From Callorhinchus milii (taxonomy: Eukaryota), in assembly GCF_018977255.1 (NCBI RefSeq), contig NW_024704742.1:29762001-29826000 (forward strand): a DNA stretch of 64,000 nucleotides. Direction: 5' to 3'. Made by a program: the position numbers and the translations under genes. The notes beneath the pieces were generated by a model that saw nothing but the letters and a program-made list of their open reading frames with translations, did not search any database and was not told where the DNA came from. Shown here piece after piece: positions 12,990-25,487 of the stretch. The stretch's first letter is position 1. Each line of letters opens with the position of its first letter.

Positions 12990-13354
12990 TGCATCTACAA
13001 CTGCTTGGGAGCACGGACTCAGCTCCAAGCTCGGATTCGGGGAGAACTTCGGGGCCCAACCGCCCCACCATCGGTCGGGCCTTCAGCCTCTCAGCCCCAA
13101 GGCTCTGGAACTCTATCCCCCAGTGCCTTCGCCGCCTCCTCCCTTTCCTCCTTCAAGGCCGGTCTCAAGACCTTTCTCTTTGACCGTGCCTTCAGCTCCC
13201 CTCTCGACTCTCTACCCCCTCCTCGCTCCCTCCCTTCCCTCCCCTCACCCTGACCATTTCCCCCCTGCTCGGGTCCTGACCCAACTGTACAGCGCCTTGG
13301 GACGTCTTCCCGATGTGAAAGGCGCTCTATAAATGAAATCTTCTTGTTGTTGTT
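12990..13354 (+). mobile_element. L2 LINE 3' fragment
   Basis: GRAFSLSAPRLWNSIP motif and L2 tail. Confidence 0.9.
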
Positions 13355-13394
13355 GCATTTCGCATCACAGGGCATCATTTTAATAAAACCAGAG

Positions 13395-13545
13395 GAATAA
13401 CAACCACAACTTGTATTGATATAGTGCCCCTCACGTAGAGCCCCGGGGCGCTTGACAATGGCGGAGCACGATGCTGAGCTGGGGGTGGTGACTGTAGGTA
13501 TGGTCGAAGAGGAAGGCCTTCCTCTCAATAAACGAGAATGGAGGG
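13395..13545 (-). mobile_element. Older L2 3' tail
   Basis: caacttgtattgatatagtgcccctcacg...gcgcttgacaatgg, similar to 31325-31450. Confidence 0.65.
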
Positions 13546-14109
13546 AAGATAGAGCGGGCCTGTATTTGCATGTGGGTTGGGTTTTGAGGGTGTACAGAGC
13601 ACGTACCCTTGACCCCCTCACCTCACCATTGGACTGTCTCTGCCTTCCTGCAGGGATCAGGCCGACCTCTCCAGCTCAGACAGGAGGATTGACAACTCCC
13701 GTGACCTCAGGCCCTGCCCTGCCACTCAGGGACACCCAGCATCAGTGCACCAATGTCCTGCTCTACGGGGCAACACTGTGTCTCCGTTTGAATCGCGAAT
13801 AAACATTCACACAGCCACTGAAGCCAATGATCAGCAAGCTGCTGAAATATCCGAACGGCAGGTTTGGGAGTGGTCAGGTCCCAACCCCTGACGTTGGCAA
13901 AATGGTTTGACCAAAAGCAGCTGCTGGACAAGGGCTTTTCGAGCTCTTAAGAATCAGGCCACACAGAATAGCAACCCCTCTTCCTCTCAACTCTTGAGGA
14001 GAGAGTTGAGAAGAAAGCAAAGGAGGATATTTAAGAAGAAGTTGTTGCTGGAAGGTGCAGAATAAAAACAGCAACGCAAGGCTTAAAGCAAATTGAGAAA
14101 GGTATTATT

Positions 14110-14460
14110 AGAAATAGGCTTTTTTCCCCATTGGATGGCTGTCTGACACATTGGGAAGCCCATCACTTTGCTTAAGAGTTCCAAACCAGACTGAAAATTC
14201 CACATCTACAGCATATGTTACCTACACAGGCAAACAGCAATTTTCCTGTGTCTGGAATGGAATGCACACGCTCTCCCTGGAGGGTCGCACCCTGCTTATC
14301 TAATTCCAGTGAATATTAGGTGTTGTATGTTAGCAAGAGCCAAAGCTTGAGGGCCCCAGAGTGTGCACTGGGGTGCTGCTAAAATTCAACCAGCTAAAAC
14401 TGCATTGCCTGTCATTCAAAGCACTGTCTGGCAAGAATCCTGCTTCTTGCCCACCTAAGA
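14110..14460. repeat. Unclassified ancient interspersed repeat, copy 1
   Basis: Colinear with 42025-42415 (gaatattagg, aaccagctaaaa, gtctggc, aagaatcc). Confidence 0.65.
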
Positions 14461-14564
14461 CCACGGTACCCATGTCCTACCAATGAGCTAGGCTGACTGT
14501 GCTGTCATCAGCAGTGATCTGGAGTACTGTGGATCTGCCTGGCTCAGGAACCGGACTACTAAAA

Positions 14565-14757
14565 ACAATAATTAAATTGGTCATTTTCAATCTTTCGACT
14601 GTTTGTGGGACATTGCTGTGCGCAATTGGCTGCCGCGTTCGCCCACAAATATACAGTCAATTCACTTTACAGTGTGTTCTGTGAAGCGCTTTGTGACGTC
14701 CTCCCGACGTGAAAAGCGCTATATCAAATGCAAGGATTATTATTATTATTATTATTA
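14565..14757 (+). mobile_element. Young SINE 3' half
   Basis: Nearly identical to 27310-27500; ends in (att)n. Confidence 0.92.
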
Positions 14758-15009
14758 CCGAGACCTCCACAGAGGACAACTTGATTCGGACATTCTATTG
14801 CCAAGCACGTCACCAGCTCAGCTCCAAGGAGACCCCACTTACCACCCCTTTCCTCCCCGGAGGACAATTGTGTAGAAAATATAAAATAAACAGCACCGTT
14901 TTATTTAACTGCCTGCTCCTTTCTGACTTGACAGCTGCTCACTTATCAATCGTGTCGGCTGGACCGGGGTGGTCAAGACACAAGGCTTCAACTGCACAAG
15001 GTTAGGCAT

Positions 15010-15150
15010 CCACACACACATACACACACACACACACACACGTATACACACGTATGCGCCCGTGCACATATATGCACATACACACAGACACACGTATGCA
15101 CACATATGCGAACGCTCATATGTATATGCACGCACACGCGTACACGTGTG
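15010..15150. repeat. (CA)n/(TACA) compound microsatellite
   Basis: Alternating purine-pyrimidine run. Confidence 0.9.
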
Positions 15151-15924
15151 CGGTGGGGATATGCCTTGGACTGACTGAACAACGCCAAGAAAGAAAAAAA
15201 AAGGGTCAGATTAACGCTTAATAATCTGCCCAGTTTCAATTTAAATCACTGACCGATAGCACACGCTGTCCAGATTGCATCGCTCTTGTTAGAACTGCTT
15301 TGATGTATGCGATCTGACAAGGCAGGCTGTTACGGGCTGTCTGCATCACTGTTACCAAGACAACACTGAAAGACAATCCATGATGCCAGACCTTGGTCAC
15401 ACGTAGTGGGACAACTTATCCGGCCGGGACCGCTGGTTCTAATGGGAAAAGGAGTAATTACATTGTGTCCCGTCAAATCCCGGGGTGCAGCACTCCAGCC
15501 CTTACGTAAGGTGCAAAAATCGCCGGGATGCTTTGCCACTCACCCCCTCACCGCCGCCGGCATCTTCCCATAACAATCGTACTATTGTTCAATAGCCACA
15601 CTGAAACTCGCAGTGTAACGCCTCCCTATCGAACTGCAGAAACCCACGTTGACCTGACCCTGACTTAACCCCGGTCTCAATCCAGATTAGTACGGCTACC
15701 TGCAAGTGCAGTTTAATGTGCCTGAAGGTATTAGGTTTGGGGTGGGATTCCTGGGTAAAATACATTGAGTTATGAAAATATAAAGAAAATCCGACTGTGT
15801 AAGCAAATCATTAGCCTGGCCACCGAGGAGTTGTGCCTGCTGACTGGGGATTTATCAATATTGTAAGCAGTGCCAGGAACATTTACATTTGCTTAATAAA
15901 ACAAAACAAAAGGCTCCTGCCCTG

Positions 15925-16282
15925 CAGTTCCATCCACAAATCCCTTCATGGTCTGGCACTTCCCTACCTTTCCAAACTGTTTACCCACAACCCACAGCCT
16001 GCTGCTTCCGCTCGACTGGCTTCAGACTCCAGCAGGTCCCTCGTGCACTTCGTTCAATCATTGGTGTTAGCACTTTCAGCCACTATGCCCTGAAACTCTG
16101 GAACATTCTTCCTCTTTCCCTCCACCTTGCCCCTTCCTTCCCTATCTACACACCTGAAGACCTTCCTCTTCGACCGTGCCTACAGTCACCTCCCCCCGAC
16201 TCGGCGTCATGCTCCGCAAATGTCAAGCTCTCCAAGAACCTGCCCTGCGTGAGGGGTGCTATATAAATGCAAATTGCTGTGT
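15925..16282 (+). mobile_element. Older L2 3' fragment
   Basis: KSLHGLALPYLS and FSHYALKLWNILP motifs; tail ctatataaatgcaa. Confidence 0.8.
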
Positions 16283-16729
16283 TGAGGGGATTGCACGATA
16301 GCTGTACCTAATTAATTCTTTAAGGGCTAAGAGCCTTGTTGCTGCACTTCAAGAAACTTTTTAAAAAAAGTTTACAATGATTGTGGGTGGAGATGGAAAG
16401 AGAGAAAAACACAGGTTGAATGGATTCTTCTGATGCTGTTTTTTATAACTAGATAGCAACAGGTGGAGCAGGGAATTCAGGGCCTTACTTTGTACAACAG
16501 AGTGAGCAATGCCAGATTGGTGCAAGAGACAGTGCAAAGCTTCAACAGCACACTGCCTTGGGGAGTGCAGGACACAGCTCTCCCAATTACCTCTGAAGCC
16601 AAGGTCTTGACTGAGCACTGTGCTGGACATGGCCCCAGCAAATCCTATTACTGATGATATCTTGTTTAGCAACTTCTACATTTAGACAAACGTCTTGAAA
16701 CGCTTTTACAAGACAGTTTTAATTTTACT

Positions 16730-16998
16730 GTAATAATAACCCTTACATTTGATATGGCGCCTTTTACATCAGGAGGACTTCCCAAAGTGCTTCACTGTAA
16801 AGTGAAGTGAACTGTGTAATTTTGTAGGTGAATGTGACGGCTAATTTTCCGCAAAGCAATGTGCCACAAACAGCCATGAAGTGAATGACCTGGGGGATTG
16901 TTGGCCAAGACACTGGGAGAAACGCCATTCTCTTTTCAACTAGCGCCACAGGATGTTTAAAGTCCCCCTGAACAGACAAGACCGCTTTAACATCTCAA
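16730..16998 (-). mobile_element. SINE family B
   Basis: Tail and Deu-like core on the minus strand. Confidence 0.85.
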
Positions 16999-17827
16999 CT
17001 GTAGGAATAAAAATGAAAGGAAATGCTGTTACATAGACAAACACGGCAGCTAATCTGCACCAGCAACATCTCATGAACAAACTATAACGCAAGCAAACAA
17101 TTCATTGAATTTAGGGATAAATTTGCATGAGGTTGGGAATATCAGCCAGGAAAGCCAGGAGAACTCCACATCTACGCAAACCAAGCCTCTCTTGCTTGGA
17201 TGCCAATTGGTATGAAATTGGTTCTGGGTTTGGTGACATACCTGGGATAAACTCCATAAATAATCCTGTTTAAGAGTTATATAAATAACTCACATGCTAT
17301 TTGCATATAAATGCAAGTTGTTGTTGTTTATAAATTGGATCCAACTGCAGTGCATTTTGGCACAGAGCCACATCAGGAAAGCAACGCTAGAAAGAGATTT
17401 AGCTTCCAATAGTTACTTTTTAAGCAAAAACTCACAGTAAACTGACTTTTAATGTGCCAGAACAAATTGTAGTCTGGCAAAGACGAAGTTAAATGGAGCG
17501 AGGAAGCGAGAGCCATGAAAACAACAGCCACCGAGAGAGGGTGCAGAGGTAAAACCCACAAAGAAAGAATCGGGTGATGAATTATTCCTGACAATGGCAA
17601 GCTGCTTGCTTTTTAGCCAAAGCTGGACAGAAAATCCTTTCCTAGGAGGGCAGGAAACCACGTAGATATTGAGATATGATGCAATAATTTTAGACACATA
17701 GAAGCAAATTTACTAATATTCATATCTTTGCTGCTTAAAATGTGGCATTCACAACCCAGAAGTCACTGTGCTAAATGTAACTGTGATCAGAACTGTGCAA
17801 TTTGCTCCAGAAATCATTTACATATTA

Positions 17828-17978
17828 AGAATAATTCTTGCATTTGGGATAGCACCTTTCGTGTCGAGAGGATGTCTCAATGTGCTTCACAGGACACACT
17901 ACTGTAAAGTGTAGTGACTGTGTATTTTCTTGTAGGTGAGTCAATTTTCACACGACATTGTCCCACAAACAGCTATGA
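17828..17978 (-). mobile_element. SINE 3' fragment
   Basis: ataattcttgcatttg...cttcacagga...gtcccacaaacag. Confidence 0.8.
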
Positions 17979-19365
17979 ACCTTTCTCTCCGTCATTCTGA
18001 TGTGGATGACTCCGCTCAGACTGGCAACACTGTGGAAATAGAATAAATGCTAAACAAAAAATCACCAATTTAGTGTTCAGCGCAAGATGGACTCCTGTTG
18101 TATTTTGCTCCACAGCTGAAGTAACATGTGGTGTGGTCTCCCAAAGAGTTCAACATGACTCTACCCGATTGCAATAGGTACTGACTGGAGTGGTTCATGC
18201 TACTTGCTGCATTCTGCAACACAAGCCAGCAACGCAGCTGGTAAAGTGTAAATATCAACACATGGAAAAAAAATTAATAATTGATGTGAGTTTTCAAATG
18301 ACGTGCAACCTCCAACTATTAAATCCGCCCCAGCGTTCAATAACCTGAGCAAAGGGCACTTTTGACGGCTCACATTAATGCTTTAACATCTCTGCTTACT
18401 TGAGCATTGTCCAACCTGCCAATCTGAGGCTCGCAAATTCCCGAAAGGTTTAACCTGAAGACCATCGTCTTGAAATCTAAGATCCAAGATTCTTCAATTC
18501 AGTCTCAAGTCTGGAAGCCACTAACTGCAGCTTAGAAAGTATGACAGACTTTCAAGAATTCTCTAAAATTATGGGCAACTTTAATTTTTTAAGATATTGA
18601 TCTTAAGGCGAAATCCACGAGAATTTTTAAGACTTTTGTCCCATTGTTTCTGCACTGCAGTCCACATGATGCTTTCTCTTCTGTGTTGCAGACCAGAACT
18701 GGAGACGAGATGTGAAGCTCTTTGAGATGGCGGGGGTGGGGGTGGGGGGTGGGGGGGGGCACGGAGGGTGGAGATGGAAGGCGCTCAGACTTGAAACAAG
18801 TCACCAATTATCTGACTGAGTTTTTACCATATGTGCAATATATTTTTGATCTCCCCCCCTCACTCTCATACTCTTTCATCACAGCACAGAGCAGGTCAGC
18901 ATCCAGCAGCTGCAGGGATGATGCCTGACAAGAATCAGGCTTATTGCCTCACCAGAATCTGGAAACCTGGCTGACTCTTCACGCCCTCACAGTTTAGATT
19001 GTATTCTCGCGTTCCTTCTCACTTCCCAAATACTCCCATTTTACTGCAGTAATCCGGCCTAATGACCCAGATTAAAATTTCAGACACATATTCCTCTGGG
19101 ACTCGGGATTGAACCTTTGCACGCATGTCCGCACGTAGATGCTGTCCACGACCATACATTTCAGCTGTCAATACAAACGTCTGCACACTCTCTGAATGTT
19201 GCAATTCAGACACAAATGCTCCCCTCGTAAACAGAGCACATCAGCGCCTCTTCAGTATCACTCACTCAACAATTTTTATAAGCAGACGTCCACAACATCA
19301 CGTGATGAGAGAAACCTTCATGAACGGCAACAGATTAATGGTCCCAAAACCATCAGGCTTGCCCA

Positions 19366-19550
19366 GTGAGTGTGGAGGAGCGATGGAGAGTGAGGGTGGA
19401 GGAGGGATGGGGAGTGAGTTTGGAGGAGGCATTGGGTGTGAGGGTGGAGGAGGGATGGGGAGTGAGAGTGAAGGAGGGATAGAGAGTGAGAGTGAAGGAG
19501 GGATGGGGAGGGAGAGTGGAGGAGGATGGGGAGGGAGAGTGGAGGAAGGA
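19366..19550. repeat. ~24-bp G/A-rich minisatellite
   Basis: Unit gagtgagggtggaggagggatggg, about 7-8 degenerate copies. Confidence 0.9.
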
Positions 19551-20019
19551 GACTGGACTGAGCAAGAATATTCTGGGGGCTGGGGGTTATTACATTGCGA
19601 ATGTGCAACTTGTGACTGCCTTATGGTTCCAGCTAAAGACTTGGCACAGGCCTAAGGGAGTCGATGGAATATTTCTGCACTGATGGGGTTTATTGATTTC
19701 TTCATGTGACTGCTGATGAATATATAATTTAGCTCTCAGATCAGCACCACTCAAGCGCTGGCGGAGAGAATTAATGCTCCTCTGACAGTCCTGAGCTCTC
19801 ACTTCACTACCAGAGGTGCAGTGAAGCAGAGTCCCTTGTGCTGGTCTTGAAAAAAGGTGACCCACGTTTTATCTTCACTCCTCAAAAACAATATTGTAAA
19901 TCTCCACGATCTGACACAGCCATTTACATAAGGAATTAAACATTGGACTGGACACACAGGCTTACAGACTGTAGGAAACACCAGATTCCATATGGTGGTC
20001 AATGAGCTTGCGTCAAAAG

Positions 20020-20610
20020 ACCTGGCAGAGCGAAATCTTAGACAAGTTTCCTTATTCCACACGCCTCTGACTACCTAGCAGTAAGTAGGAATCCAGTTGT
20101 TGGTTGATTGGCGGATCACTTTTTGGGTTAATAATCTCTCCCACCCCAAATCATAATAATAATCCTTGCATTTGATATAATGCCTTATCACGTCTTTGTG
20201 ACATCTCAAAGCGCATCACAGAATATGCTGTAAAGTGAATTGACTGTGTATTTTGTGTGCGAAACGCGGCAGCCAATTGCGAATAGCAATGTTCCACAAA
20301 CAGTCATGGATTAAAGTGACCAATTTATTTTATTTTTTTGAAGAAATTATTACCCCCGGAAAAGCGATCCGCCAATCGACTAACAACCGGGTTACTACTT
20401 CCTACTGGATAAAACAGAGGCATGTGGAGTAAGGAAACTTGCCCAACATTTCACCCTGCCGGGAATCGAACCCAGACTTCTCGCTTGCGAGGCGAGTGCT
20501 CTAACCACTGAGCGACAAGACTCCACAAATGTGGTCACTCAAGCCACGACTGTTCGTGGGGCACCTCTGTGCACAGTTGGCTGCTGCGTTTCACCACAAA
20601 ATATACTGCA
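20020..20610 (+). mobile_element. SINE family A (long form) split by an inverted SINE
   Basis: caagtttccttattccacacgcctctg...gattggcggatc before 20152; resumes ggtcactcaagccacgactg after 20527. Confidence 0.8.
20153..20526 (-). mobile_element. Full-length SINE family A (long form)
   Basis: Minus strand runs from the tRNA head gtggagtcttgtcgctcagtggttagagc...gggttcgattccc to the (att)n tail. Confidence 0.93.
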
Positions 20611-21269
20611 TGAGTAGGAGAGAGCAAACAATAACTTGTTTACAAGCAGACAGGTCTGACTGTACCATTACTACATTAACTATAGGAGAAACAACAATGA
20701 GGCTGAGCCACAATGTGGATAAATGAGGCATTGCCCGGATCAGATCATGATTCCACAGCAGCAACATTCCATTAAGCTAGGACATCCCTGCCGAGCCTGA
20801 ATTCCCAGAGGATTTTGAAACCGTTCTGAAGGAATCCTATTAGATTCAACCAGGCAGGAGGAATCTGACAGCGCTCACGACACAGAAGCTGTTCGGGAGA
20901 TTGGTAAGAATTGGAGGGGAACCCACGAGATTCTGGAATCGGGTTTTCCCTTTCTTCGGGCGAGGGATTTTCAGTGGATCATCGCTCAATCCACAGGAGT
21001 ACCAAAATCATCTTAGAGCGGATCAATTTCATTCTGAGACATTAGAGGGCAAGGTAACTGCAGGGGCAGGGTGTTCATTCAATGCAGACTGAATGTTCCA
21101 TTTCCTGATGTTGTTTAAAGGCCTCCTTCCTTTTTGCAATAAACAAATAAATTTGTTGAATGGACTTCACCTTCCCCCCTCCCCACCCCCAATCCTCACC
21201 CCACCCACTTAGCAGGACAATCTAGAAGTAATCCAAAACCTCATGCCAGTGACGCTAGTTAAAAGACAG

Positions 21270-21460
21270 CAAACACAGACCGCCCCCCTCTCCACCCCCA
21301 TGGGTGACGGCAGACACTGAAACACATTGCACGATGATGGCAGACACTGATACACCCCCCCACCCCCACATGGTGTCAGGAGACACTGACACCCCCTCGC
21401 ACATGGTGACGGCAGACACTGAGACACTCTCTCCACCCCCCCAGTGAAGGCAGACGGAAA
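21270..21460. repeat. Minisatellite with core atggtgacggcagacactga
   Basis: About 6 degenerate copies separated by C-rich spacers. Confidence 0.8.
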
Positions 21461-21849
21461 CTCAGAGACTCTCGGATGGTGACAAATGAAACCCAGGACC
21501 TTCCCCAGTCTGTGTGGCTCAAACACTCACTGATAAACTCATCGAGCCATCAGGAGGAGGATGCGAGCATGATAGACTTTAATTATGATGCATTCATTTA
21601 AAGCCTGGCAGCCCTGAGCTGAGATTCTATCAGTGTGGATGATCAAGAGATTATGAGTCAGTTTGTGGGTAGGTGGGCGGGAGACAGAAAGACTCAATCT
21701 GTGATGCTTAAGTGAGGCTGTTTGTACATGATGGCGCTGTTAGAATGCATCCTGGTTTGGTGTGGGTCTCCTTATAGCGCAGTTGCAATGTGGCCTGAAC
21801 TACACTGGACACAATACACTTGCTGTATGGCACTGACCATCCCGTGCTA

Positions 21850-22175
21850 AAAACTATCAGCCTTCTAGGTCGTGAGGCGACTGCTATTGTCACTTCCTGC
21901 TTTTTGCGTCCTTTGTTCAGGAAGAGTCACTGACATTGCTTCCTGCGCTGACATCACATAGTGAAGGAGGTGAAGAAAGCAGCAATTTATTCAACATAGT
22001 GCGCACGCAGGAAGTAAACGTCAGTGGTGTGAATATATAGCGCACAGGAAGTGACATCAAGAGTGACCTGATCGCAGAGAAGTGGGACCAGCAGCCATTT
22101 TTTCATGGATTCATTACAATGACAGTGCCTATATTTTTCCGTGCCAAGACACTGTGTTGCTACAAGGTTGCCCTG
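21850..22175. repeat. Unclassified (DNA-transposon-like) repeat rich in CAGGAAGT/TGACATCA, copy 1
   Basis: Shares motif order with 24090-24345. Confidence 0.5.
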
Positions 22176-22405
22176 CTTAGCATGGACACGAGCAATGGAG
22201 TCAGGATAAATACCATTGGGAGGAAGGGGACATTCCCTGGGTGGATCAGTTAAATGGATAGGATCATAATTAGGTATGTGACCTTACAGCAAGCAAAATA
22301 CACAACCAGTTGAAAAATGTAACTGCTATCAGACTACCCAAAACTCCTTCCCTTTGATGCCAACTAATGTCAGAAAGGTGAGTCGTGTCAAGACAGCCTC
22401 TTGCA

Positions 22406-22831
22406 TCAGTCTGGCTCAATCCATGGAACTCTTGCCTCTGGGTCAGAAGGTTGTGAGATCAAGTCTCATGTCAGGGACTTGGAGCTGATAGTCCTGACTA
22501 TCACTTCAGTGCAATGTTGGGGGAAGCACTGCATTGTTTTCCTACAAATGAGATGTTAACCCAAAGTCGTTGTTCAGGTGGACTTTAAAGATCCCTTGGC
22601 ACTATTCAAAAAGATGAGTTTCTCCCAGTGTCCTGGCCAACAATACCCTAGATAAAATTGCTCACTCATTTCATGTCTGTCCGTGAGACATTCTTTGCTG
22701 GGTGTAAAGTGACGACCGTGTTTGCTTACAACTTCACTGTCACTACACTTCAAAGAAAAAACTCTGTGAAGTGCCTTGAGAAGTTTCGTTGTGATAAAGC
22801 GCTAGATCAAATGCAAGGATTATTATTATTA
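22406..22831 (+). mobile_element. SINE family B, near full length
   Basis: tRNA head, Deu-like core and (att)n tail. Confidence 0.88.
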
Positions 22832-23344
22832 TCCCAGGAATCAGGACTGAAATCTTCAAGGATCCCAAGGAAGGCAAATTCAATCACGGCTGCTGGCGAA
22901 ACATTCTGACAAAATCTGCGGGTCGGAGGAGGAAAAGAGAATTGAGAGAGAGAACAGAAAATTCACCCACAGATATTGTGGATGATGTGACATGACTTGA
23001 ACGAGGGCAGAATTTACACCTATCTCCACATGTCATGATGCATTTTTTCACCCCTGTGTAATGCCGTACTACATACTAAGTTGGAGCTGTTGAGGAGTTT
23101 CCAAAATGAACAGTGCAGGTGAAGTACTGCTGCTAACACTCAGGTGTTAGCAACAACACACTAGAGCACAGCTTGCTTACAAATACACACTCACTGCACT
23201 TGACAGCAATTACCTGTGAAATGCTTTAGGATATTTCATGGTTTATGGTTATGTCAAAAGAAAAGATTTTGTTTAAAAAGAATTATATCCCTCCACGAAT
23301 GATGGTGGGTCTGTCTCTCTTCCCATACCTTAAACAACGCCACA

Positions 23345-23510
23345 CCCCACCATCACCTAAGTGGCTATACCTTTTGTCTGAGCTGAGAAAGAAAGTGTCA
23401 GCAAGTTATTTGACCTTAATAGCATCACAGCCGAGTCTGATCCTGTCCACACCTGGCCATCCATAAACAGGCATGTTCCAACAGAGATCAGGAGAGAGCG
23501 ATTGCAATTG
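23345..23510 (-). mobile_element. SINE family C fragment
   Basis: cctaagtggc...gcatcacagccgagtctgatcctgtcc. Confidence 0.6.
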
Positions 23511-23524
23511 TGAGCCTTTATATA

Positions 23525-24005
23525 CAGGGTGACCAAAAAGTTGTGATACCATCACAATGTATAGTAAGTCTTAAAGAAACAATGATATCCTATAGTGCTG
23601 ATTACGAGTCCTGTAGCTTAGTGATTAGAGCACTCGCCTCGCAACTGAGAGACCTGGGTTTGATTCCCAGCCGGGTGAAACGTTGGGCAAGTTTCCTTAC
23701 TCCTCACGCCTCTGTTTACCGAGCAGTGAGCAGGAATCCGGTTGTTAGTCGATTGGCGGATCGTTTTTCCGGGGGTAATAATTCCTTCCAAAAACAAAAT
23801 AGCAATAAATTGGTCACTTCAATCCCCAACTGTTTGTGGGACACTTCTGTGCCCAATTGGCTGCCTCGTTTCACCCACAAAATATACAGTCAATTCAGTA
23901 TATTCTGTGAAGCGCTTTGAAACATCTCAACTAGACGCAATGTCAAATGCAAGATTATTTTTTTTAGATAAATAGGGTAGATATCACGACTTTTTGGTCA
24001 CCCTG
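23525..24005. mobile_element. Tc1/mariner-type MITE with nested SINE
   Basis: 24-bp TIRs cagggtgaccaaaaagttgtgata / tatcacgactttttggtcaccctg (1 mismatch), TA on both sides. Confidence 0.9.
23606..23962 (+). mobile_element. SINE family A (long form) inside the MITE
   Basis: gagtcctgtagcttagtgattagagc head through the aatgcaagattatt tail. Confidence 0.92.
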
Positions 24006-24089
24006 TACAAGCTCTGGTTGAGCACTGTGTCCCTTACAGCAAGCAGGGCCTGCGAAACACTGCCCATTCACTATACACCCGACTTGTGG

Positions 24090-24345
24090 TCCTGACGAGA
24101 CGAGTAGGAAATGGCTACCTTCGGGGTTGGCTAGTTGCCGCTGATGTCAATTCCCGCACAATGCACCCAATGGGCAAGAAGTGTTGCTGATGTGACTTCC
24201 TGCGCGCTGCTTCCTTGAAGTGACATCAACTACAACCTGACAAGCCAGAAGCAGGTCCAGTGGCCATTTGTTTAGCAGAGCCATTATATCGCGGTGTCTA
24301 ATTTTTGGGTTCCGAGACATTGTATTACAATTGGGATGACCCTTT
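24090..24345. repeat. Unclassified repeat, copy 2 (cf. 21850-22175)
   Basis: acttcctgcgc, gaagtgacatcaa, gccatt, gagacattgt. Confidence 0.45.
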
Positions 24346-24644
24346 AATTGTGTTAATAAGCGGCATGAGTTTGTTAGACCCCAGTGACCTCCATAACTCT
24401 AGCTCTCTACACTAACTAATCTTGACAATCCTGTGCAGAAACCTAATCCTGCACCTTCTCATACGCCACTCGTTTAACATCAGAACGGGACGGGACAAAA
24501 ACAAGGGCACGGCAATACGAGGATCTTGCTCCAAACAGATTTCCTGTTCCTCAGAGAAAATCCTCCAAGGTGCGGGAATTCATGTTAGAATCCTGGCAGC
24601 CCCAGGGCAGTAATTCCCTTTGCTGGGTCGGGCTTTCTAGCTTT

Positions 24645-25030
24645 GCGTGTCTCACTAGGTCAGGAGGTTGTGGGCTCAAGCTTCCATGTCGGGACTTTGA
24701 ACTCTATCTGGGCTAACACTGGGCTTATTCCCCCCAGGTGTACCACAGGAGAAGATGGCGTCCAAAAGAGACATTAAACTGAGGTCCCGACTGTATGTTC
24801 AGGTGGACGTTAAAGATTCTGTGACACTGTTCAAAAGGAGAAATAAGATTCTTCCAAGATTCTAATAAATGCCAATAAATTAGTCGTCCACTTCATGGCT
24901 GTTTGTGGTAACTTGCTGTGGAGAATTCGGCTGCTGTGTTAATGCCTGCGAATGCACAGTCACTGCACTAGATAGCAATTTACCTTTTTATTAGATGTTT
25001 CTGTATTATATCAAAAGCAAAGCTTAGGAA
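24645..25030 (+). mobile_element. Degenerate SINE family B
   Basis: gagacattaaactgaggtccc...caggtggacgttaaagat. Confidence 0.8.
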
Positions 25031-25379
25031 TAACATGACTGGTAATGGTATTGATAACGCTACACAGACCTGGGCAGCCTGAGAGGTTGTGAGGTGTACA
25101 GCAACCTGTGGCCTTCAGAGAACACACAATACAATACAAAATTACATTTGTAAAGCGCCTTTCATGTTGGGAGGACGTCCCACCCTATGTTCGCTCCAAT
25201 CAGTGACATCTAGACACAGTCGGCTCTTCTTCATTTGTTAGTGCTGAGCCCAAACACTCAGAAAACTGGCAGACATCCCTAAAGAATAAAAAGTCCAGTG
25301 GTAAGGACTGACTCACCTCTTGTCATCTCCCTCAACACGCATTAAACCTACACCTGACACGCCAATAAGAAGGATGTGG

Positions 25380-25455
25380 ACACACACGCACATACAAACC
25401 AGCAGCGAGAATGAGAAAAACACAAAGGCAAGAGAGAGAGACAAATACACATAGG

Positions 25456-25487
<32 letters not shown>

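Noticed and set aside
18728..18770. G-run / G-quadruplex candidates (also 121-146, 8700-8750, 34418-34440)
   Set aside because: Such runs are common throughout the window, with nothing indicating a function.
19125..19655. 176-aa Gly/Glu-rich ORF
   Set aside because: It derives from the 24-bp minisatellite.
25316..25352. Possible 37-nt minus-strand exon ending AG|GTGAGT
   Set aside because: The donor is good, but the acceptor is weak, it adjoins a microsatellite and the peptide is unrecognised.
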